This document shows positions 25,186-32,000 of a stretch of DNA of 32,000 nucleotides, piece by piece. Within the stretch, counting starts at the first letter, position 1; each line of letters starts with the position of its first letter. The stretch is taken from contig OY969931.1 of the NCBI GenBank assembly GCA_963704705.1, positions 240,001 to 272,000 of the forward strand. The letters run 5' to 3'. The notes under the pieces were generated by a model. That model had not been told where the DNA came from and ran no database searches. It was given only the letters and a program-made list of their open reading frames with translations. The stretch comes from an uncultured bacterium. Its GTDB lineage: Bacteria > Patescibacteriota > Gracilibacteria > UBA1369 > PNNO01. Both the position numbers and the translations under genes were made by a program.

Positions 25186-26313
25186 ATGTTATTTCCATTA
25201 ATACAAACAGCATATGCACAGGTAAGCGGCCAGGCCGTTGCTTCTGAAACCACAAGTCAGGTTCAGGGGCTTATAGATTTTTTTATTGTGAAAATACCTT
25301 CTTTTATTGCCGCGTTTGTTGTTTTTGTATTGTTTTTCTTTATTTCAAAAGCCATTAAAGGAATTGTTGAAAATAAAATGGCTGAAAAATTTGAGGAGCA
25401 CAAAGAGATGCAGATTTTAGCTGGAAGAACAGCTTCAGCTACAACATTAATATTAGGTGCAACAATAGCTTTGAATATAGCAGGAATCGACCTTACTGTA
25501 ATAATTGCTGCAGCTGGTTTTGGAATAGGTTTTGCATTAAAAGATATAATAATCAACTTTTTGGCTGGTGTATTTACGCTTGCTCAAAAGCAATATACAA
25601 TCGGTGATTTTATTAAAGTAGATAATACAATAGGTAAAATTATGGAGATTCAGGCACGCGCAACTGTGTTGCAGGCATTGGACGGAACAAGGGTTGTAGT
25701 TCCTAATTCGGAATTATTTACAAAACAGGTTACAAGCTTTACTTCAAATCCTTTCAGAAGAATTGAGATTCCTGTTGGAGTTGAATATGGCACTGACCTG
25801 CATTTGGCAGTAAAGACATGTTATGAAGCAATAAAAAACACTCCGGGTATATTGTTGCAGCCTAAACCAGCTGTGCTTGTTAAAGAATTTGGTGACAGTT
25901 CAATTAATTTAATTATACGCGGATGGGTAGAATCACATGGCGGATGGCTTAAAATTAAAAGTGATTTAGCGATTCAAATCAAGATTGAATTCGATAAAGT
26001 CGGAATTGGAATTCCATTCCCAATTCGAACTATTGTTTACGATAAAGATGCTCAGGAAGAAAAAAAGAATTATCAGATACCACAATGGATTGCAATGGAA
26101 GAGCACCCTGCTGAAGAACAGGCGCCTCAAACAGCGCAGCAAGCTGTTTCTCCGGAAGGCCAGGCAGAAGCTGCTCCGCAGCCGCAAGCTGTAGCACCGC
26201 AACCACAACAAGTACCTCAAGCACCACAGGCACCACAGGCACCTTCAGTTGCACCAAAAGCTGAACGCGGCCCAATTGGTGACAAACCAGGTGCAAGCTT
26301 TTTAAAACAGTAG
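25186..26313 (+). CDS. Small-conductance mechanosensitive channel (MscS family) with a Pro/Gln-rich C-terminal tail
   Basis: Start chosen at MLFPLIQTAYAQ (25186). TM helices, then GDFIKVDNTIGKIMEIQARATVLQALDGTRVVVPNSELF (MscS beta-domain signature). Tail PQPQAVAPQPQQVPQAPQAPQAP. Confidence 0.85.
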   Translation: MLFPLIQTAYAQVSGQAVASETTSQVQGLIDFFIVKIPSFIAAFVVFVLFFFISKAIKGIVENKMAEKFEEHKEMQILAGRTASATTLILGATIALNIAGIDLTVIIAAAGFGIGFALKDIIINFLAGVFTLAQKQYTIGDFIKVDNTIGKIMEIQARATVLQALDGTRVVVPNSELFTKQVTSFTSNPFRRIEIPVGVEYGTDLHLAVKTCYEAIKNTPGILLQPKPAVLVKEFGDSSINLIIRGWVESHGGWLKIKSDLAIQIKIEFDKVGIGIPFPIRTIVYDKDAQEEKKNYQIPQWIAMEEHPAEEQAPQTAQQAVSPEGQAEAAPQPQAVAPQPQQVPQAPQAPQAPSVAPKAERGPIGDKPGASFLKQ

Positions 26314-26316
26314 ATT

Positions 26317-26342
26317 AAAAAAAAGCCCCTCTTTTGGAGGGG
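26317..26342 (-). terminator. Intrinsic terminator better oriented for the minus strand (possibly bidirectional)
   Basis: CCCCTC-TTTTG-GAGGGG stem-loop at 26326-26342. The A8 run at 26317-26324 becomes a U8 tail only for a minus-strand transcript. On the + strand the stem is followed by acaaaaatc. Confidence 0.6.
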
Positions 26343-26716
26343 ACAAAAATCGAATCCTATCAACGTTCAATATTTGTTTTTGTTTTGAAGCTGAGAATTT
26401 TTTTGATTTTTGTTTTTTTATGGAGACTATCCCATAAGATTTTTAGCCTGCTTTGCTTTGGCTTATAGTTTTTAGTCCTGCCACAGACCGTCTGTTTCCG
26501 TGAAGACTCATGTGCATAAAGCGACAAGGTTTCACCAGACAAAAGTGAGCGGTTCGGGGAGTCAGATCCGAACCATCACAGAGCAGAATATCTAAGTAAT
26601 CAAAGAGTATTTAATTACTCTGCATTTTCTGCTATGTTTTTAAGGTCTAATTGTCAAAGAAATAATTTTGATTCCTGTATGGCATGATCTCATCGTTCTT
26701 TCTAATCTAGCGTTTC
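26318..26716 (-). ncRNA. Candidate ~400-nt non-coding transcription unit, class unknown
   Basis: Bounded by the minus-strand promoter at 26750-26722 and the minus-oriented terminator at 26342-26317. Internal GC-rich hairpins include GGTTCGG..CCGAACC at 26551-26574 and GTCTG-GTGAA..TTCAC-ggaaa-CAGAC within about 26485-26541. The longest ORF is 60 aa from TTG and is low complexity. Confidence 0.3.
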
Positions 26717-26721
26717 ATATA

Positions 26722-26750
26722 ATTATATAAAATCTAACTAAATTAGTCAA
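26722..26750 (-). promoter_or_regulatory. Near-consensus sigma-70 promoter on the minus strand (TTGACT, 17-nt spacer, TATAAT)
   Basis: -35 TTGACT at 26750-26745, 17-nt spacer, -10 TATAAT at 26727-26722. It points away from the 26790 gene into the 476-nt gap. Confidence 0.45.
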
Positions 26751-26789
26751 AATATACAGATGGACATATCCTAGTTAACTATTCTGCCT

Positions 26790-27494
26790 ATGAGGCTGAT
26801 TCCGATCAAAACTCGTACAATAAAGCCAAAAGACGACCTCGTTCAATTGATTGGTAAACCTTTGAAAAACAAGGATATTTTAGTTATTGCATCAAAGGTA
26901 CTGGCTTATTCGCAGGGCAGAATTATGGATGCGGACAGTAAAATGTTCGATAAAATAGTAGAAAAAGAAGGGAAAAAGCTTTTTCCAACCAATTATTGCA
27001 ATTTAACATTTAAAGACGGGCATTTAATTCCCAATGCTGGAGTTGATAAATCAAATACTCCAAAAGGTCAGATAGTTTTATGGCCAAAGAATTCATTTAA
27101 AGAAGCAGAAAAATTACAAAAAGAACTCCGAGCAAAATTTAAAATAAGCAATTTGGGCATTATTGTCAGTGATTCAACATGCGCACCGCTTCGCGTTGGA
27201 GTACATGGCATTTCAATTGGTCATTTTGGATTTGAAGGTGTAGAGGATGTGCGCGGCTCAAAAGATATTTTCGGCAAACCACTTAAAGTAACCCGTCGCA
27301 ACCTGGCTGATTCGCTTGCTGATGCAGCTACTATTCTAATGGGTGAATCTGACGCTCGCGTTCCTTTTGTAATTATTCGGGATGCTCCGGTTAAATTCAG
27401 CAATGCGAAAGTGCGAAGGGGTTTTATTAGATTGAAATCCGACCTTTATTACGGTATTTATAATAATGAATTTAAGAAATTTTTAACACGTTAG
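26790..27494 (+). CDS. CofE-family (F420-0:gamma-glutamyl ligase-like) protein
   Basis: 234 aa. Collinear with my recollection of archaeal CofE: NAGVDKSN (NAGIDASN), GIIVSDSTCAPLRVGVHGISIG, and GSKDIFGKPLKVTRRNLADSLADAATILMGES. Confidence 0.75.
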   Translation: MRLIPIKTRTIKPKDDLVQLIGKPLKNKDILVIASKVLAYSQGRIMDADSKMFDKIVEKEGKKLFPTNYCNLTFKDGHLIPNAGVDKSNTPKGQIVLWPKNSFKEAEKLQKELRAKFKISNLGIIVSDSTCAPLRVGVHGISIGHFGFEGVEDVRGSKDIFGKPLKVTRRNLADSLADAATILMGESDARVPFVIIRDAPVKFSNAKVRRGFIRLKSDLYYGIYNNEFKKFLTR

Positions 27495-27497
27495 CCT

Positions 27498-28088
27498 ATG
27501 TTCAAAATAGCAGTACTCGCTTCTACAAACGGTACTGATCTGCAGGCAATAATCGATGAAATGAATAGAAATGAAATGCCGGGCATCGAACTTTCAGTAG
27601 TTTTAAGCAATAAAGAAGATTCAGGGGCTTTAGTCCGTGCAAGACATCAAGGTTATGAAGCTGTTTTTATCAATCCCAAAGATAAAACCCGCGAAGAATT
27701 CGATAAAGAAATGGCGGTTATTTTAAAAGAAAAGAAAGTGGATTTGATTTGTCTTATTGGCTACATGCGTATTTTAAGTCCTTGGTTTGTTAAAGAATTC
27801 GAGGGAAAAATTATAAATGTGCATCCTGCACTTAATATGCAAAAATATGCCGGTCCGGGTGCAATGAATCTTAATGTTCATAAAGCGGTTATTGAAAATG
27901 GAGAAAAAGAATCGGGCTGCACAATTCATTATGTAACTGAAGAAGTGGATGGTGGCCCGATTATTGCTCAGGCTGATGTTGTAGTTGAAGAAGGGGAAAC
28001 TCCTGAAACATTAAAAAAGAAAGTTCAGGCACAGGAAAAACTTTTATATCCGGAAGTAATAAGAAGAATTGCAAGAGGGGAGGCTTAA
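27498..28088 (+). CDS. purN: Phosphoribosylglycinamide formyltransferase
   Basis: 196 aa. KIAVLASTNGTDLQAIID N-terminus, INVHPAL, and the SGCTIHYVTEEVDGGPIIAQ formyltransferase core. Confidence 0.85.
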   Translation: MFKIAVLASTNGTDLQAIIDEMNRNEMPGIELSVVLSNKEDSGALVRARHQGYEAVFINPKDKTREEFDKEMAVILKEKKVDLICLIGYMRILSPWFVKEFEGKIINVHPALNMQKYAGPGAMNLNVHKAVIENGEKESGCTIHYVTEEVDGGPIIAQADVVVEEGETPETLKKKVQAQEKLLYPEVIRRIARGEA

Positions 28089-29329
28089 TTCAAGTTAATT
28101 AAAATCAAATCTCCCAAGTTTGTACCTGTGCGGCCAGTAATTATTAAACCGTCGGTTTCTTTGAAGAAACTGTATGAATTGTTTCGTTCAAGATATTTTT
28201 CGAGGTTCATGTCTTTTTCTTTTGCTATTTTAAGGGTTTCAGCGTCAGCTATTGCTCCTGCGACGTTTTCAGGGCAAATACCATCAACACCATCAGTTCC
28301 GATTGCAGCTATTGTGAAATCACGACCTTCATTTAATTGGCTCAAACAAGCGAGTACAAATTGCTGATTGCGGCCGCCGTAGCCGTCTCCTTTTACATCA
28401 ACAGTTGTTTCGCCGGCTAAAATGTAAATTGTTTCTGAAGGCTGTAAGCGATTAAGCAGTATTGTTGCCTGCTGATTACAGTCACCTTCCAGATTGGTAG
28501 ATTGAATTTTTGCAAGTTCTCCGTCTTTTGTAAGATATCTATATGCTTTTAATGCTGCTGTTTCATGGTTTGCGAGTATATGTGTTTCAACTTTTTCAAC
28601 TGATCTTGGAGTATCCGTTTCCGCTGTTTCAAGATATTTGCGCACATTTTCCGGGGTATTATCCCAAAGTTTATTTCTTTTAAGTACATCAACTGCATCA
28701 TTAAATGTTGTTGCATCAGGGTAAAAAGGGCCTGAAGCAATTGTACTTAAATCATCACCCACAACATCACTTATCACCAGTTGAAGTACCGGGCAAGGGT
28801 AAGATGCTTTTGCCAAAAGTCCTCCTTTTACCTGTGAAAGATGCTTTCTTACTATATTTATATCCTGAATTCTTACACTGGCTTTAATTAAAAGTTCGGT
28901 TGTCGCTATTTTATCTTCCAAACTGATATCATCAACAGGAAGAGACATTAATGCTGATCCTCCGCCTGAAATAAGCGCTATTATTAAGTCGTTTTCAGTG
29001 GCGTTATTGCAAATGTCCAAAATTTTACGTGCGCCTTCAACTGAATTTAAATTTGGATAAGGGTGTGATCCGAAAACATATTCGATTTTATTTAAATTAG
29101 GCTCTTCATCGCCTTCCGGAATAATTACGAGACCTTTTGTAATCCAGTTTCCTACTAATTCTTCAATTGCTTCTGCCATTCGTGAAGCACCTTTGCCGGC
29201 TCCTACAACATAAATATGTTCACGGCCTTCAAAATCGTATTTTTCGCAAAATTTCTTTACCAAATGTTTTGGATTTATTTGTGCCAAAACATGATTGAAT
29301 GTGTCTAAAAAAAGTTTTTTATTGGACAT
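28085..29329 (-). CDS. MOFRL-family glycerate kinase (glycerate 2-kinase / TtuD-like)
   Basis: 414 aa. VVGAGKGASRMAEA N-terminal motif, ISGGGSAL, and LAGETTVDVKGDGYGGRNQQF. Confidence 0.8.
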   Translation of the reverse strand: MSNKKLFLDTFNHVLAQINPKHLVKKFCEKYDFEGREHIYVVGAGKGASRMAEAIEELVGNWITKGLVIIPEGDEEPNLNKIEYVFGSHPYPNLNSVEGARKILDICNNATENDLIIALISGGGSALMSLPVDDISLEDKIATTELLIKASVRIQDINIVRKHLSQVKGGLLAKASYPCPVLQLVISDVVGDDLSTIASGPFYPDATTFNDAVDVLKRNKLWDNTPENVRKYLETAETDTPRSVEKVETHILANHETAALKAYRYLTKDGELAKIQSTNLEGDCNQQATILLNRLQPSETIYILAGETTVDVKGDGYGGRNQQFVLACLSQLNEGRDFTIAAIGTDGVDGICPENVAGAIADAETLKIAKEKDMNLEKYLERNNSYSFFKETDGLIITGRTGTNLGDLILINLN

Positions 29330-30293
29330 CTTCGTTAACTAGGAATTCAGGTTTTTGGCCTTCAAGCGCAGCGATCAGGTTTCGCGCAGCTATGTTTCCC
29401 ATTTCTTCCCTCACTGCTTGTTCAGCCGAACCTATATGAGGTAATAATACCACATTATCCAGCTCAGCAAGACCTGGTTCTAATTTTGGTTCATTTTCAT
29501 ATACATCAAGACCGGCTCCAAAAATCTTTTTAGCCTTTAAAGCTTCAACTAAAGCCTTTTCTTTAATGATAGGTCCGCGAGCAATATTAAAAATAATTGC
29601 GGTTGTTTTCATTAAAGCGAATTTGGATTCATCTATTAAATGATGTGTTTCCGGCACATAAACAGTTGAAATACAAATAAAATCAGCTGAACCACAAAGT
29701 TCATCAAGCTCAACTCTTTTGGCTCCGGTTTCTTTTTCAAAGTCTTCTTTATTGCTTCTGTCAGAATAAATAATATCCATGCCAAAACCTTTATGCATTT
29801 TCATACCTATGTCCTGGCCGATTCTTCCGCAGCCAACTATTCCTAAAGTTTTTCCTGTTACCTGCATTCCCAAAAACATATTTGGTGCCCATCCATCAAA
29901 TTTACCTGCGCGTGTGTAGCGGTCAGCTTCTGCAATTCTGCGTGCAACCGAAAACATCAATGCAATACCGGTATCAGCTGTTGCTGAAGTTAGCACACCC
30001 GGAGTATTTGTAATTTTGATTCCGCGCTCTGTAGCAGCATCCAAATCAATATTATTAAAACCAACAGCATAATTTGAAATAACTTTTAACTGATCGCCCG
30101 CAATATCCATAACTTCAGCATCCATTTTGTCATTTAATAAGCTTAAAATTCCATCACAGCCTTTTACTTTTTCAAGCAAAACATCGCGATCAACAACTTT
30201 ATCATCAGGATTAACCTCAACATCGTATCCTTTGTCTTCAAGCATCTGTACGGCATTTCCGGGAATTTGGCGTGTTACGTATACTTTAGGCAT
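29319..30293 (-). CDS. D-2-hydroxyacid dehydrogenase, glyoxylate/hydroxypyruvate reductase type
   Basis: 324 aa. NAD loop GIVGCGRIGQDIG, ARGPIIKEKALVEAL, and catalytic HIGSAE. Confidence 0.85.
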   Translation of the reverse strand: MPKVYVTRQIPGNAVQMLEDKGYDVEVNPDDKVVDRDVLLEKVKGCDGILSLLNDKMDAEVMDIAGDQLKVISNYAVGFNNIDLDAATERGIKITNTPGVLTSATADTGIALMFSVARRIAEADRYTRAGKFDGWAPNMFLGMQVTGKTLGIVGCGRIGQDIGMKMHKGFGMDIIYSDRSNKEDFEKETGAKRVELDELCGSADFICISTVYVPETHHLIDESKFALMKTTAIIFNIARGPIIKEKALVEALKAKKIFGAGLDVYENEPKLEPGLAELDNVVLLPHIGSAEQAVREEMGNIAARNLIAALEGQKPEFLVNEDVQ

Positions 30294-31491
30294 TGAGTCG
30301 TGTGGTTATATAATTTTTAATACGTGAAAGTCCTTCTTTTATGTCTTCTTCAGTTGAAACATAAGAGAATCTTACAAAGTCATCTCCGAATTGGCCGAAT
30401 ACAGTACCCGGCAAAATTAAAACATGCGCTTCTTTCATGATATCATCTGCAAGCTGAGGCGCATCGATTCCCCATTTATCGAGCAGTTCGCGAACATTCA
30501 CCATTAAATAGAATGCTCCTTTTGGCGATTTGCAGCTGAACCCAGGAATATCATTCACTAATTCAACCATTAAATCGCGTCGTTTTTTATATTCATCCAG
30601 CATTTCTTTAACGCGGTCTTGTGGGCCTGTCAGGGCTTCAAGAGCAGCATACTGCGCAATTGTATTTGTGCAGCTCACATCGTTTGTAGCCAGGCGCTCC
30701 AAATAATGCATCATCTCTTTATTTTTTGTGAGGCCCCATCCTATTCTGTAGCCGGTCATTGCGTAAGTTTTTGAGCATCCGTTTAGCATAACTGTTCTTT
30801 CAGGCATTCCTTCAATGCTCATTAAAGAATGATGCTCACCTTCATGCACCATTTGATCGTAGATTTCATCGCTTAGAACCCAAAGGTCGTGTTTTTTCGC
30901 GATTTCAGCAATTTGTTCGATTAGTTCTTTTGTAAAAACACCTCCTGTTGGATTTTGAGGAGTGTTAATTATTATAAGTTTGGTTTTGTCAGTTATTTTT
31001 GATTCAAGATCTTCGGCTGTAAAATTAAAATCATTTTCTTCTTTTAGCTGAATCGGCACAACTACTCCTCCCAAATACTCAGTCACAGAGCCATAAATGG
31101 GATATGACGGATTAGGCACAATTACTTCATCTCCTTCATCAATCAAAGCCTGAATCATATAAAACATGATTGGCTTGCCACCCGGCACAACAACAACATC
31201 TTCAGCAACAAAAGGCTCACAACTGTATTTGCTGTAAAAGTCGGCAATGGCTTCTCGCAATTGAGGAATCCCCGGCGAAGGAGTGTAGTGCGTTTGATTA
31301 TCTTTAATTGCTTTGATTGCTGCTTCATTAATATTAGCCGGAGTATCAAAGCCGGGCTCACCTATTTGAAGATAAACAAGCGATTTGCCTTGTGGTTTTA
31401 GAACTTCGTTTTCAAATTTTTTGGCCTTGGTTATAACAGAGAATGCGTTTTCTGTTCCAAGGCGGGGCATTCTTTTTGCAAATGATTTCAT
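30286..31491 (-). CDS. Class I/II PLP-dependent aminotransferase (aspartate aminotransferase family)
   Basis: 401 aa. NTPQNPTGGVF and the PLP-lysine motif SKTYAMTGYRIGW. Confidence 0.85.
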   Translation of the reverse strand: MKSFAKRMPRLGTENAFSVITKAKKFENEVLKPQGKSLVYLQIGEPGFDTPANINEAAIKAIKDNQTHYTPSPGIPQLREAIADFYSKYSCEPFVAEDVVVVPGGKPIMFYMIQALIDEGDEVIVPNPSYPIYGSVTEYLGGVVVPIQLKEENDFNFTAEDLESKITDKTKLIIINTPQNPTGGVFTKELIEQIAEIAKKHDLWVLSDEIYDQMVHEGEHHSLMSIEGMPERTVMLNGCSKTYAMTGYRIGWGLTKNKEMMHYLERLATNDVSCTNTIAQYAALEALTGPQDRVKEMLDEYKKRRDLMVELVNDIPGFSCKSPKGAFYLMVNVRELLDKWGIDAPQLADDIMKEAHVLILPGTVFGQFGDDFVRFSYVSTEEDIKEGLSRIKNYITTRLNA

Positions 31492-32000
31492 GATTTGCGT
31501 TGGATTACTTTTTTAGATTGTTGAATGATTTCTTTAGAAGTGATTCCATGTTTTTCCATAAGTTCGCGTGGTTGTCCTGATTCTCCAAAAGTGTCATTTA
31601 TTCCCACCATTTCAACCGGAACCGCATAGTTCTGAGCCAAAACTTCCATAACAGCGCTGCCCATTCCACCGGCCATCTGGTGTTCTTCAGCAGTTACAAC
31701 TGCGCCGGTTTTTTGCGCTGAAGCAATAATCGCGTCTTTATCAATAGGTTTGATTGTATGTAGATTTATAACTTCAGCTTCAATGCCTTCTTTTGCAAGT
31801 TCTTCAGCTGCATCTAGTGATTCTGCAACCATTGGTCCGCATGCAATAATTGTTACATCGCTGCCTTCTCTCATAATATTAGCTTTGCCAACCTCAAAAG
31901 GCGCATCTTCACCGGTTACAACCGGAACTTTTTCGCGACCGAATCTTATGTAAACAGGGCCATTAATTTTTTCCGCAGCAAGAACCGCTTTTTTGGTTTC
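31488..32000 (-). CDS. Transketolase, C-terminal subunit (5' end off-window)
   Basis: The frame stays open to base 32000 upstream of the track Met (…INGPVYIRFGREKVPVV..FEVGKANIMREGSDVTIIACGPMV), the typical split-transketolase C-terminal section. Its stop overlaps the aminotransferase start (ATGA at 31488-31491). Confidence 0.85.
   Translation of the reverse strand, partial: ETKKAVLAAEKINGPVYIRFGREKVPVVTGEDAPFEVGKANIMREGSDVTIIACGPMVAESLDAAEELAKEGIEAEVINLHTIKPIDKDAIIASAQKTGAVVTAEEHQMAGGMGSAVMEVLAQNYAVPVEMVGINDTFGESGQPRELMEKHGITSKEIIQQSKKVIQRKS

Noticed and set aside
26360-26542. 60-aa minus-strand ORF in the large gap
   Set aside because: It needs a TTG start, is Lys/Thr low complexity across the A-rich tract, and has no recognisable fold or signal. 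It is treated as part of the candidate non-coding unit.

Overview
AT-rich, very gene-dense bacterial chromosomal segment with about 30 protein genes on both strands, many with overlapping or abutting ends. Content is almost entirely housekeeping: Na/Pi cotransporter, MiaB, a short AlaRS, MutL, MutS, LexA, MurG, FtsW, LspA, AroE, an MscS-family channel, a CofE-like ligase next to PurN, and an operon of transketolase C-terminal subunit, aminotransferase, hydroxypyruvate/glyoxylate reductase and MOFRL glycerate kinase. Lineage-specific membrane or secreted hypothetical proteins (DUF4012-like, LemA-like and others) are interspersed. The tiny spacers, split transketolase, C-Ala-less AlaRS and absence of Shine-Dalgarno motifs suggest a small-genome, CPR/Patescibacteria-like organism; that is inference only. 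I find no rRNA, tRNA, CRISPR array, transposase, integrase, phage gene or recognisable defence or toxin system, so I do not claim a novel multi-gene system. The non-routine signals are mostly non-coding. (1) A promoter-driven, GC-rich, UUCG-tetraloop-rich ~200-nt structured RNA candidate lies between two convergent genes (2207-2448). (2) The lexA promoter carries two GTGAG-N6-CTCAC palindromes, one filling the -35/-10 spacer and one over the predicted start site, a candidate lineage-specific SOS box. (3) The alaS leader carries three TTAC-N3-GTAA palindromes at a 19-nt period flanked by G5/C6 runs, giving mutually exclusive hairpins. (4) The largest gap (26314-26789) has a near-consensus minus-strand promoter and a minus-oriented intrinsic terminator bracketing ~400 nt with no credible ORF. 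(5) A 570-nt poorly coding gap between lexA and mutS holds two small basic ORFs. One protein is also unusual: a 5'-partial membrane-anchored protein with a run of M-x3-M repeats and C-terminal PPPIP-type proline-rich modules. No homology or folding computation was possible, so all family calls rest on motifs read by eye.
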